From an uncultured Thermococci archaeon (GTDB lineage Archaea; Methanobacteriota_B; Thermococci; Methanofastidiosales; B48-G16), in NCBI GenBank assembly GCA_964595645.1, contig CAZQQT010000005.1:64001-128000 (forward strand): a stretch of 64,000 nt of DNA. Direction: 5' to 3'. Position 1 is the stretch's first letter, and each line of letters starts with the position of its first letter. This document shows, one piece after another, positions 50,080 to 59,786 of the stretch. A program made the translations under genes and the position numbers. The notes beneath the pieces were generated by a model, which was given only the letters and a program-made list of their open reading frames with translations, made no database searches and had not been told where the DNA came from.

Positions 50080-51659
50080 ACGATTACGAGATAGCACAGA
50101 ATGCTGAGATGCAGAGGATAGGTGAGATAGCTGAGAAAGTCGATCTCCCCATTGAACCATTGGGCTCATACAAAGCCAAAATTCCACTCCACAGCAGAAA
50201 TGCCCGGGGGAAGTTAATACTCGTCACCGCGAGCACACCTACAGCCATGGGCGAAGGAAAAACTACTGTGGCTATCGGCCTATCCCAGGCGCTCTGGAAC
50301 GTAGGGAAAAAAAGCATTGTGACAGTACGGGAACCCTCCCTTGGTCCTGTGTTTGGAATAAAAGGAGGTGCATGCGGCGGAGGTTACGCCCAGATCGTTC
50401 CCATGGATGATATCAACCTCCACTTCACTGGTGATATGCACGCAATCACCTCTGCTCACAATTTACTCTCTGCACTTATCTCTAACGATCTCTATCGTGG
50501 CAATACACTGAACCTGAAGACCGTGGAATGGAATAGAGTCATGGATATGAACGATCGTGCCCTTCGGAGAGTGATTGTTGGAATCGATTCGTATATGCAG
50601 GAAGATTCCTTTGCAATTACCGCTGCCTCGGAAATTATGGCGATTCTCTGTCTTTCACAAGATCGTGAGGATTTGAAAAGGAGAATAGCAGATATTATTG
50701 TAGGATACACCTTTGATGAAAAGATCGTGAGAACAGAGGATCTGAATGCGGAAGGGGCAATGGCTATTCTTTTAGAGGATGCAATTAAGCCCAATCTAGT
50801 GCAGACCCTTGAGAACACGCCTGCCATTGTGCATGGCGGCCCTTTTGCAAATATCGCTCATGGCACGAACTCTCTTATCGCCACAAAAATTGCGCTGCAG
50901 CACTCGGAGTACACCGTGACTGAAGCAGGATTTGGATCGGACCTCGGCGCTGAGAAATTCTTCAATATATTCTGTAGGGCTGCAGAAGAGACGGTTGACT
51001 GTATTGTTCTCACCACGACAGTACGTTCTCTCAAAGAGCAGGGAGACACACTGGAAGACGGCTTTGAGAATCTCAAACACCACATAGAGAATATACAGCA
51101 GTTTGGAGTACCATTAGTTGTGGCGATAAATCGGTTTCCAGACGATACGGACGATGAGATCGGACTGATCCGAACATTGTGCGTGAGAGAAGGTGTGGAT
51201 GCTGTTGAATGCAACGTGTATCAGAAAGGAGGCGAAGGGGGAACTGTCCTCGGTGAGAAGGTCATTGAACTCTGCGAAAAAAAGAACGACTTTGAATTTT
51301 TATATGATCCAAAAGAGAGTATTAAGAAAAAAATAGAGAAAATAGCGACGAATGTGTACGGTGCAAGCTCCGTGAGGTATAGGAAGAAGGCGAGGAATAT
51401 GATAAAGACACTCGAGTCACATGGGCTTGATGATAAGATGATCTGCATGGCAAAAACGCAGTACTCCTTCACCGACGATCCAAAAAAACGTGGTGCACCG
51501 ACGGACTTTTCCATCACCGTAAGGGATATGAAGCTCGCCAACGGCGCCGGATTCATCGTTCCTCTCTGCGGAAATATCATGACCATGCCCGGGCTCCCGA
51601 AGAAACCTGCTGCTATGGACATGAGTATTGCCGATGGAAAAATAGAGGGACTTTTCTAA
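50076..51659 (+). CDS. fhs: Formate--tetrahydrofolate ligase
   Basis: PT.MGEGKTT, REPSLGP, INLHFTGD, HGGPFANIAHG, TEAGFG.DLGAEKF, MTMPGL. Confidence 0.97.
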   Translation: MNDYEIAQNAEMQRIGEIAEKVDLPIEPLGSYKAKIPLHSRNARGKLILVTASTPTAMGEGKTTVAIGLSQALWNVGKKSIVTVREPSLGPVFGIKGGACGGGYAQIVPMDDINLHFTGDMHAITSAHNLLSALISNDLYRGNTLNLKTVEWNRVMDMNDRALRRVIVGIDSYMQEDSFAITAASEIMAILCLSQDREDLKRRIADIIVGYTFDEKIVRTEDLNAEGAMAILLEDAIKPNLVQTLENTPAIVHGGPFANIAHGTNSLIATKIALQHSEYTVTEAGFGSDLGAEKFFNIFCRAAEETVDCIVLTTTVRSLKEQGDTLEDGFENLKHHIENIQQFGVPLVVAINRFPDDTDDEIGLIRTLCVREGVDAVECNVYQKGGEGGTVLGEKVIELCEKKNDFEFLYDPKESIKKKIEKIATNVYGASSVRYRKKARNMIKTLESHGLDDKMICMAKTQYSFTDDPKKRGAPTDFSITVRDMKLANGAGFIVPLCGNIMTMPGLPKKPAAMDMSIADGKIEGLF

Positions 51660-51662
51660 CCC

Positions 51663-52431
51663 TTATTTTTTATTTTCCACACCTTGTTTTTTCGTCACAT
51701 GCCCTATTTTCATAGAGGGTCATGCCTCTTACCAGTGTCTTTTCGATTTTTCTCTGTACATTCATCCCGTCAAAAATCGTGACATGGGATTTGTGAACAT
51801 ATCCTCGTTTTTCAGCGTGTATGTCTTTTTCATATCTACAATTACGAGATCGGCATCCTCGCCCACAGAAATGTATCCTTTCTGCGGATAAATACCAAAT
51901 CGTTTTGCAGGTGAGCTAGATGTGACCTCTACAAGTCTTTTCAGCGTTGTTCTCTTCTTGTTTACAGCGTGAAGCATTAGAGGAAGCAGTCTCTACTCCA
52001 AGAGTTCCAGAGCCACACTCGAAGCTGCTGTTGTCGTACCATGTCATGTCTTTCTCTTCTTGAGTGTATGGAGAGTGGTCGCTGGCAACTATATCGATGG
52101 TTCCACTGTTCAAGGCATCCCACGTTGTAGCAACATCCCTCTTTGTTTGTAAGGGCGGATTTACTTTTGCCCACGGGCCGATTTTTTCCCGTAGTGTTTA
52201 ACTGCACATTGAATGCCACTATTGAAGTGATACCTCTAGAGGCAGTAACTTGTGTTCCAGTAATGAAATCTTCCCTATACGCGTAGGTTAGATCGAGTAT
52301 ATAGGTGTGTACATCTACTCCTCTAGGAATAACTATTTTCTTTGAGGCGTCTATTGTCTTCTCAGCTCGAGAGAGAACATTTTTTTATGAATCCCTACTA
52401 TTTTCCCTTTATCTATATTCAGATCCACCAT
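51663..52431 (-). pseudogene. Fragmented cyclic amidohydrolase (allantoinase/dihydropyrimidinase/dihydroorotase family)
   Basis: Pieces in several frames: IDASKKIVIPRGVDVHTY, REDFITGT, IDIVASDHSP, PAKRFGIYPQKG..GEDADLVI; about 770 nt, well short of a full gene. Confidence 0.85.
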
Positions 52432-52541
52432 GATTTCACCTTCTCTTCTCTCTATTCTTCTATTATTAAGATTTTTCATATTACTTTAGAAAAGTATTAT
52501 AATATGCTTGTAGAGAGAACAAATAAGCGAAGAGGGATATC

Positions 52542-52674
52542 ATGAGATTTGAAGAGTTGAATTTTGAAGAGGCACCAAAAATTATCACGGAACTTCTTGG
52601 AAAGAGAACTGGCAGACAAAGGAATAGGAAGAGTTGCGGAGGCTATAGAGGAGGTGGAGCGTAATGAAGGATAA
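52542..52674 (+). pseudogene. Internally deleted class III aminotransferase remnant
   Basis: N-terminus MRFEELNFEEAPKIITE joined out of frame to a C-terminus LERELADKGIGRVAEAIEEVE*, whose stop overlaps the next gene. Confidence 0.55.
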
Positions 52675-54040
52675 CAAAATGTACTCTGGTGCCTCACCGA
52701 TGGAGGTAAAGGAAGATCTGAAACTCCTCGTTGATTTCGAGGACGAGGGACTCACTCTCGATGAGCTTTCTTCACTTATCGAAGAGAGACTCGTTCCGCA
52801 TCTTATGCGGTATAATCTCCCTGGATTTCAATCAATGTTTAATATGGTGCCGGAGAAAGGAGCGAAGCTCGGTTCAAAGATTGCTCTTCAACATAATCAA
52901 GGAGTAACAAACTGGCAGGTATCACCAGGAGGTGCAGCGCTTGAGGAACTTTGTTGTGAGGCGCTGTGTGCCCTCTTTGGGTTTTCTTCTGGTGCTGACG
53001 CCACCTTCATGTACTCCGGTACCTATGCGAATCAAGAAGCCATCTATCTGGCGCTCCATCGGAAAGCAGAGGAACACGGATTTGATCTCGGAAAAAAAGG
53101 AATAAAAGGATTCTCAGATCCGAGTCTTCTAGCAGTAATAACCTCAAAAGATGCGCATTTCTCAGTAATCCATGCGCTTCGTATGCTGGGGCTTGGTGAG
53201 GAGAGTATTGTGTCTGTGGATCTCAATGAGAACTTTCGTATGGATCTTGATCATCTGAAAGAAACTATCGAGACGTGTAAGAATCAAGAGATTTTCTGTG
53301 TAGTTGCCACCGCTGGTACTACTTCTACAGGTGCTGTGGATCCAATAAAACCCATTGTATCTTTCTGTAAAGAAATTGGAGCATGGTTGCATGTGGACGG
53401 TGCGTATGGGCTGGCTTACAGTCTCGTTTCTGGATGGAAACATCTTTTTGAAGGAGTAACTGACGCAGACTCCGTTTGTTGGGATCCGCATAAACAGATG
53501 GGCGTTCCCATTCCATCTTCTGTACTTTTTGTCCGCCAGAAAGAAAATTTTCGAAGAATGACAGTGCACAGTCACTATTTTAACATATCTGGAGATCCTA
53601 GACCAAACCCCGGATTGAAGTCTCCTCCTTCTACACGCCCAATGTCTGCACTGCCACTGGTTGCGACTATTCGGCATCTCGGATTGAAGAAACTCATTGA
53701 GCGGCTTCAAACGCCTCTTAATGTAGTGAAAAATATAGCAGAGAAACTTAGAGAGTACAAAGATATCGAAGTGTGTCTCTCCCCGGATCTTGGCATTCTT
53801 TGTTTTCGTGTCATTCCGGAGGGAATTTCAGAAGAAAAATTGAATTATATACAACAGTATCTTTATCGTAGAGTCATGAGTGAGGGGAGACGTACTATCT
53901 CTCTCACAGAGTTGAATGGTAGAACGGTGTTACGACTTGTTGCAGTTTCTCCTTCTGTTACTGAGAAGACGTTGATAGGAACAATAGACTACGTCAGGAA
54001 CCTAGCCAAGGAGTATACAAGAAGAAAGGAGAAGAGATGA
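52664..54040 (+). CDS. Group II PLP-dependent decarboxylase
   Basis: SGTYANQ, AHFSV, TAGTT.TGAVD, HVDGAYG, DPHKQ. Confidence 0.93.
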   Translation: MKDNKMYSGASPMEVKEDLKLLVDFEDEGLTLDELSSLIEERLVPHLMRYNLPGFQSMFNMVPEKGAKLGSKIALQHNQGVTNWQVSPGGAALEELCCEALCALFGFSSGADATFMYSGTYANQEAIYLALHRKAEEHGFDLGKKGIKGFSDPSLLAVITSKDAHFSVIHALRMLGLGEESIVSVDLNENFRMDLDHLKETIETCKNQEIFCVVATAGTTSTGAVDPIKPIVSFCKEIGAWLHVDGAYGLAYSLVSGWKHLFEGVTDADSVCWDPHKQMGVPIPSSVLFVRQKENFRRMTVHSHYFNISGDPRPNPGLKSPPSTRPMSALPLVATIRHLGLKKLIERLQTPLNVVKNIAEKLREYKDIEVCLSPDLGILCFRVIPEGISEEKLNYIQQYLYRRVMSEGRRTISLTELNGRTVLRLVAVSPSVTEKTLIGTIDYVRNLAKEYTRRKEKR

Positions 54041-54044
54041 TCGC

Positions 54045-54695
54045 TTGAGAATATTCGTGATAAACCCCAATAGTGATCGGAGAATGACAGAGGCTATCTG
54101 TCGAACGGCAAATAGTTTCGCAGGGGATCATGAGATCATGTGTAGATCAGTGCCAGGGGCACCTACATTCATTGAAACGTATCGTGATGAAGTGGATACC
54201 GCCCCAGGAATGGTTCAATTGGTACGGGATAATGAAGACGATTACGATGCATTTATTGTTGCTTGTCATTGTGATCCTAACCTTGATCTGATGAAGGAGA
54301 TCACAAAAAAACCGGTAGTAGGTATCGGTGAGGCATCCATGAAGATAGCATCCATGTTAGGGCATCGATTTTCTGTGCTCTCATCTACTGCACACTCTGT
54401 TCCGAACAAAGAGGCTTTGATACAAAAGTATCATCTTCAGGGTCTCGTAGCTTCAGTAAGACCAGTAGAGAGCAATGAGAAAGAGAACTACTGCAAAACT
54501 GCGAGACAGGCAGTGAAAAAAGATAATGCGGAGGTAATCGTCTTGGGATGTGCAGGAATGACAGGACTGGACAGATGGCTGGAGAAACGAGTTAATGTGC
54601 CGGTGTTGGATGGTGTCGTATGTGCATTGATCATTGCTATAGGTCTCGCGAAATATGGTGTATCAACGAGTAAAGTCAGACGATATAGAGGCTGA
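54045..54695 (+). CDS. Hydantoin racemase (Asp/Glu racemase family)
   Basis: INPNS, ACHCDP, VVGIGEAS, LGCAGM, PVLDG. Confidence 0.9.
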   Translation: MRIFVINPNSDRRMTEAICRTANSFAGDHEIMCRSVPGAPTFIETYRDEVDTAPGMVQLVRDNEDDYDAFIVACHCDPNLDLMKEITKKPVVGIGEASMKIASMLGHRFSVLSSTAHSVPNKEALIQKYHLQGLVASVRPVESNEKENYCKTARQAVKKDNAEVIVLGCAGMTGLDRWLEKRVNVPVLDGVVCALIIAIGLAKYGVSTSKVRRYRG

Positions 54696-54772
54696 TCCAT
54701 TACCACAGTTGTTCAACAACCCTTACACTATTATACCAAAAAGCTTATATAGTCTCATACAGTATCCCATTT

Positions 54773-55600
54773 ATGATGCTTAGAGATCTCACCTTTTTCC
54801 AGCTCGAAATCTTAAAGGAATTAAAATTTGGGCCCAAATATGGACTGGAGCTTATAAAAACGTTAAATGTTTCTTCGGGAAGGCTCTACCCTAATTTAAA
54901 GCGTCTGGAAAAGTTGGGGCTCATAGAAGGAAAGAAACGAGATAACCGAATTTATTACTCCCTCTCAGAGGAGGGGCTTCAGGAATTTCATAACATTTTT
55001 CGCTGGATAGCAGATTATATTCTTTCCATCGGAGTGAGCATGCTGGATGATTACCTAAATTTTATTATTGGCGCTCTTGATCTTCATGAAGGCGAAAAAA
55101 TTTTTATCATGTCAAAAAAACGTCCAATGCATCCTTTTCTCATGCGCATGGGATTGCAGTTCATTCGAGAGATATTAAAAAAGGTCACCATCTCCGGAAG
55201 GATCTTCATGCTCAAGGGAACAGGAGTCCACGATGCTGATCTCCCTGACATAGAGGATGTAGATCTTTCTCCTGTGACGTTTGTGGAGGATTTTGAAGCA
55301 CTTCCAAACAATATTGTGGACAAATCATGTGTGCTGTTAATGGATCCTGATGAAGCAATCATCAAGGGATGTGAGAGGATCACACGTTCTGAAATAAAGA
55401 TCATCGGGAAGCTTTACAGTGATTTTTTCATTGAGCGATGCTTCCGGACTACACTTGATCAGATAAAACAGGAAATGATTCCTCCCTTCCTGATAGGATT
55501 TAAAAAGGAAGAACTCCTGAAAAAACTGGAAGAAATGGGGTATGAGAATGTAGGATTCTCGTCATGGGGAGGAGCCTTTGTTGCAAGCATCTCTCTTTAA
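54773..55600 (+). CDS. PadR-family regulator with C-terminal degenerate methyltransferase-like domain
   Basis: YGLELI, GRLYPNLKRLE, YYSLSEEG; about 190-aa extension. Confidence 0.8.
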   Translation: MMLRDLTFFQLEILKELKFGPKYGLELIKTLNVSSGRLYPNLKRLEKLGLIEGKKRDNRIYYSLSEEGLQEFHNIFRWIADYILSIGVSMLDDYLNFIIGALDLHEGEKIFIMSKKRPMHPFLMRMGLQFIREILKKVTISGRIFMLKGTGVHDADLPDIEDVDLSPVTFVEDFEALPNNIVDKSCVLLMDPDEAIIKGCERITRSEIKIIGKLYSDFFIERCFRTTLDQIKQEMIPPFLIGFKKEELLKKLEEMGYENVGFSSWGGAFVASISL

Positions 55601-55635
55601 GTAACATTTTTAAACCGATCCTCCAAGATGTACTG

Positions 55636-57543
55636 ATGTCATCACTGCTCGGTGTAGATGTAGGCGGGACGTTCACGGATTTTATTTTTATCAGAGATGG
55701 CAGAGTCGAGACGCTGAAAATTCCTTCTACACCGAAAAATCCTGCAGAGGCAGTGATTGAAGGAGTAGAACGGTTGGGGGGTGCAGAGAATGTTGCTCAC
55801 GGCACCACCCACGCAACGAATATTTTAATAGAAAAAAAAGGCGCAAAGATTGCACTGCTCACCACAGAGGGGTTTGAGGACGTGCTGGAAATAGGAAGAC
55901 AGAATAGGCCGGAACTTTACAATTTCTTCACAGAAAAACCAAAACCTCTCGTGGACAAAAAGGATAGATACGGTATTGAGGAAAGAATTAGTGCGGAAGG
56001 AAAAATAATAAAGCCGTTAAATGAAAAAATTCTGAAAAAAATGGATTTTAGTGAGTATGATGCGGTCACTGTGTGTTTTTTGTTTTCGTATGTGAATCCA
56101 GTACACGAAAAAGAGATAAAAAAGATACTTGATGTTCCTGTCTCACTGTCCTCTGAGGTACTCCCTGAGTTTAGAGAGTATGAGCGAATGTCTACCACTG
56201 TGGTAAACACCTACGTCATGCCTGCCATGCGTCGTTACCTTTCATTTCTTGAGGATTCGTTGGATGCGAAGCTCACTGTTATCCAGTCGAATGGGAATAC
56301 GATCTCCTCGGAAAACGCTCGAGCAGTCCCGGCGAAGACGATACTCTCCGGTCCGGCAGCTGGTGTGAGGGTCGCCATCTTCCTCGCAGAGAAGATAGGA
56401 TTTGAAAATGTTATTTCTATGGATATGGGTGGGACATCCTGCGATGTCTCACTCATCGAGAACGGAACTCCTACTCTCACGACCGAATCGATAATAGATG
56501 GATACCCTATTAAGTTCCCTTCAATAGATATCCATACCGTAGGTGCGGGTGGAGGGAGCATTGCGTGGGTGGATGAGGGGCTCTTGCGGGTTGGCCCTGA
56601 GAGTATGGGTGCAGATCCCGGTCCCGCATGTTACGATCTCGGCGGTGAGCGTCCCACTGTCACTGATGCCAACCTACTTCTGGGATACTTACCGAGAACA
56701 CTGGCTGACGGTACACCCTTAAACAAGGAGAAGAGTTTCCAGGCGATTGAGAAGTTAGGTGAGAGGCTCGATCTCGATCCAATTGAGACAGCGTGGGGCA
56801 TTCTAAAGGTAGCGGATTCCAATATGTCCAGTGCCATCAGAGTCGTCTCTGTACAGAAGGGTCACGATCCCCGAGATTTTTCCCTTTTTGTGTTTGGAGG
56901 TGCCGGACCATTACATTCAGGGAGAATTGCAGAGGATCTCGGTATCACTACAGTACTGATTCCCCAACATTCCGGTGTGCTCTCAGCCCTTGGCACCCTC
57001 GTCTCTACGCCTGCCTGCGATTTCGTTCGGTCTGTCGTCACACCATTGAGGGAGAGCGATTCGAAGGAACTGGAGGAGTATTATGAACAAATGGAAGAGG
57101 AGGGAACGTCGATTGTAGAAAATGTGGAGCGAATAGAGCTTTCCATGGATTTACGATACAAAGGACAGAGTTATGAGATTAAAGTTCCTGTGCAATCCTT
57201 CAATTTCGATGAAATAGAAAATAATTTTCATAGAGCACATAAAAAGCTCTACGGATACACGAGTGAGGAAGTGGAGCTTGTCAACCTCAGAAGTAAAGTA
57301 TTTGGAGAAAAACCTTCTATAGAGCTAAAGAAGGCTGAGAAAAAGAAACTGGAGAGCTACAGACGAGAAGCGTACTTTGGAGAGATGAAGAAAGTTCCGG
57401 TGTACCAATATGGAACACTTTCCCCCGAGATGACGGTAGAGGGCCCCTGCGTGATAGAAGGTACTGAAACAACAGTGCTGGTCCGTCCGCACGAGATGGT
57501 CCGTGTCGATCCGTATCTCAACCTTATTTTGAGGAGGCGGTAG
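55636..57543 (+). CDS. Hydantoinase/oxoprolinase A subunit
   Basis: GVDVGGTFTD, HGTT.ATN, REYER.ST, SGPAAG, DMGGTS.D, GAGGGS, GGAGPLH. Confidence 0.95.
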   Translation: MSSLLGVDVGGTFTDFIFIRDGRVETLKIPSTPKNPAEAVIEGVERLGGAENVAHGTTHATNILIEKKGAKIALLTTEGFEDVLEIGRQNRPELYNFFTEKPKPLVDKKDRYGIEERISAEGKIIKPLNEKILKKMDFSEYDAVTVCFLFSYVNPVHEKEIKKILDVPVSLSSEVLPEFREYERMSTTVVNTYVMPAMRRYLSFLEDSLDAKLTVIQSNGNTISSENARAVPAKTILSGPAAGVRVAIFLAEKIGFENVISMDMGGTSCDVSLIENGTPTLTTESIIDGYPIKFPSIDIHTVGAGGGSIAWVDEGLLRVGPESMGADPGPACYDLGGERPTVTDANLLLGYLPRTLADGTPLNKEKSFQAIEKLGERLDLDPIETAWGILKVADSNMSSAIRVVSVQKGHDPRDFSLFVFGGAGPLHSGRIAEDLGITTVLIPQHSGVLSALGTLVSTPACDFVRSVVTPLRESDSKELEEYYEQMEEEGTSIVENVERIELSMDLRYKGQSYEIKVPVQSFNFDEIENNFHRAHKKLYGYTSEEVELVNLRSKVFGEKPSIELKKAEKKKLESYRREAYFGEMKKVPVYQYGTLSPEMTVEGPCVIEGTETTVLVRPHEMVRVDPYLNLILRRR

Positions 57544-57544
57544 G

Positions 57545-59071
57545 ATGGATCCCATTACTCTCGAAATTGTGAAAAACAAGCTGGTGGGCATTACGGAGGA
57601 AATGGGTGCGTCACTGGTAAGAACGGCATACTCTCCGAACATTAAGGAGAGACGAGATTGTTCATGTGCAATATTTGACAGACACGGCAGATTGATGGCT
57701 CAGGCGGAGCATATACCCGTCCATCTTGGTGCTATGCCTTTTGCAGTTAATAGCATTATGAACAAGGAGTTTAATGAGGGGGATATATTCATCTTAAACG
57801 ATCCATATCTCGGCGGAACACACCTTCCGGATATCACGCTTGTCTCTCCTGTATTCGAGAAAGAGCTCATCGGATTCGCTGTCAGCCGTGCACACCATGC
57901 CGATGTCGGAGGAAAAACACCCGGAAGTATGCCGTCGGATTCTAAAGAGATCTACGAAGAGGGAATCATTATCCCTCCAATCAAGATCGTCTCAGAAGGG
58001 ACCATTCAGCAAGATGTGATGGATCTTATCTTGAGCAACGTGAGGACAGAAAAGGAGCGGAGAGGGGATATCAAGGCGCAAATAGCAGCGAATACTATTG
58101 GAACCACGAGATTCCGAGAACTTTATAGGGCGTATTCCTCCTTCGATGCGTACGTAGAAGAAGTTCTCCGGTATTCAGAACGGATCATACGAAAAGAACT
58201 ATCTAAAATGCCCAAAATGAAAGTCAAGAGTCAGGATTACCTCGAATGGGACGAAAAGATAGCGATAAAGGTAGAACTGGAGAAAAAGAACGATGAACTC
58301 TACATTGATTTTTCTGGGACGGCAGAAGACATTCCAGGAAATTTAAACTCTGTAGAGTCAATTACTCTTTCTGCAGTGTACTATACGCTTGTAGGGCTGA
58401 TACAGCGGGATCTCATGATAAATGAGGGGTGTTACAGACCGTTGTACGTGACCGTTCCGGAAAAAACGATTGTGAATGCACAGAAACCCCGGGCACTTGT
58501 AGCAGGTAACGTCGAGACCTCGCAGAGGATTGTGGACGTTCTCATGAATGCTTTTTCACAGATAGTACCCGAAAGAGTAATCGCACAATCGCAGGGGACC
58601 ATGAACAATATAATCATTGGTGGGAGCTACAACGGCGAGAATTTTACGTACTATGAGACGATAGGAGGGGGTATGGGTGCATCCTCCTCGAAGGACGGTG
58701 AGAGTGGTGTTCACTCCCATATGACGAATACGCTCAACACACCTATCGAGGCGCTGGAAACAGAGTATCCTCTCTACGTTCGACGGTACGCTCTCCGTGG
58801 GGGATCAGGGGGTCCGGGTGGTCATAGAGGGGGCGATGGGATCATCAAAGAGATTCAAGTACTGACCGACTGCACAATGTCAATTATCTCGGAACGAAGA
58901 AAGATAGCACCTACTGGTCTTTTTGGAGGATTGGATGGAAAAAAGGGGGTGAATCTCCTGAACGGTGAAGAAATTCCCGGAAAATGCACACTAAACTTAA
59001 AAAAGGGAGATATAATCACAATAAAGACTCCGGGAGGGGGAGGGTACGGGAAGATGGGTGGTGTTACATAA
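57545..59071 (+). CDS. Hydantoinase/oxoprolinase B subunit
   Basis: SPNIKERRD.SC, HIPVHLG, NDPY.GGTHLPD, HHADVGG, TPGGGGYG. Confidence 0.95.
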   Translation: MDPITLEIVKNKLVGITEEMGASLVRTAYSPNIKERRDCSCAIFDRHGRLMAQAEHIPVHLGAMPFAVNSIMNKEFNEGDIFILNDPYLGGTHLPDITLVSPVFEKELIGFAVSRAHHADVGGKTPGSMPSDSKEIYEEGIIIPPIKIVSEGTIQQDVMDLILSNVRTEKERRGDIKAQIAANTIGTTRFRELYRAYSSFDAYVEEVLRYSERIIRKELSKMPKMKVKSQDYLEWDEKIAIKVELEKKNDELYIDFSGTAEDIPGNLNSVESITLSAVYYTLVGLIQRDLMINEGCYRPLYVTVPEKTIVNAQKPRALVAGNVETSQRIVDVLMNAFSQIVPERVIAQSQGTMNNIIIGGSYNGENFTYYETIGGGMGASSSKDGESGVHSHMTNTLNTPIEALETEYPLYVRRYALRGGSGGPGGHRGGDGIIKEIQVLTDCTMSIISERRKIAPTGLFGGLDGKKGVNLLNGEEIPGKCTLNLKKGDIITIKTPGGGGYGKMGGVT

Positions 59072-59114
59072 TACATTTATTTCCTCTAATCTGTCAGCCT
59101 CACAGAGCAATAAC

Positions 59115-59141
59115 TTTATATAGCTGTGTATGCATACACAG
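59115..59141 (+). promoter_or_regulatory. vapBC promoter with 18-bp perfect palindromic operator
   Basis: TTTATATA at 59115-59122 followed by CTGTGTATGCATACACAG at 59124-59141. Confidence 0.8.
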
Positions 59142-59145
59142 TTAC

Positions 59146-59364
59146 ATGGGAACAAAGACAATATCTATAAAGGAAAGCGTGTACGAGATCCTCAAACGAT
59201 CGAAAAGAGAAAACGAGAGCTTCAGTGATGTCATAGAGAGATTAGCGAGGAAAAAAAATATAGACTTAATGAGTTTTTTTGGGGAACTAAAGGGCAAAGA
59301 AGTGTTGGATGCTATAGAAGAGGATTCCAAGAAAATAAGAGAACTCTCAAAAGTGAGATCATGA
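59146..59364 (+). CDS. vapB: VapB-family antitoxin
   Basis: TKTISI.E.VYE.L..K..NESFSDVI.RL. Confidence 0.9.
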   Translation: MGTKTISIKESVYEILKRSKRENESFSDVIERLARKKNIDLMSFFGELKGKEVLDAIEEDSKKIRELSKVRS

Positions 59365-59747
59365 TAGTCTTGGATACAAGTTTTCTCATTGATTTTTTTC
59401 GAGGGGAAGAAGGAACGTTACGCGTTTTCACCGACACGGAGATGACAACCACTGTGATTACATACTACGAAATCTTCTCCGGTGTATTTCACAAAGGAGC
59501 GAAAAGAGAAGAGAAATTTTTTAGAAGATTTTTTTCCGAGATACGGATCTTAAACTTGGATGCACGTGCAGCCGAGCACTCCAGTGAGATAATGGCAAGA
59601 CTCCTCAAGATGGGCGTTTCGGTAAACGCACTTGACGTACTTATTGCCGGTATCGCAGTAACTCATGGGGCAAAGACCGTAGTATCGAAAGATACGGATT
59701 TTTTGGAGATATCGAAGGTGACGGATTTGGACGTGAGTATCTACTGA
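59361..59747 (+). CDS. vapC: VapC PIN-domain toxin
   Basis: VLDTSFLID, TYYEI, DVLIAG, SKDTDF; ATGA overlap. Confidence 0.92.
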   Translation: MIVLDTSFLIDFFRGEEGTLRVFTDTEMTTTVITYYEIFSGVFHKGAKREEKFFRRFFSEIRILNLDARAAEHSSEIMARLLKMGVSVNALDVLIAGIAVTHGAKTVVSKDTDFLEISKVTDLDVSIY

Positions 59748-59786
59748 GAGGAAAGCTGATCCGTACAGTGAGCAGTATTCTTTGAG

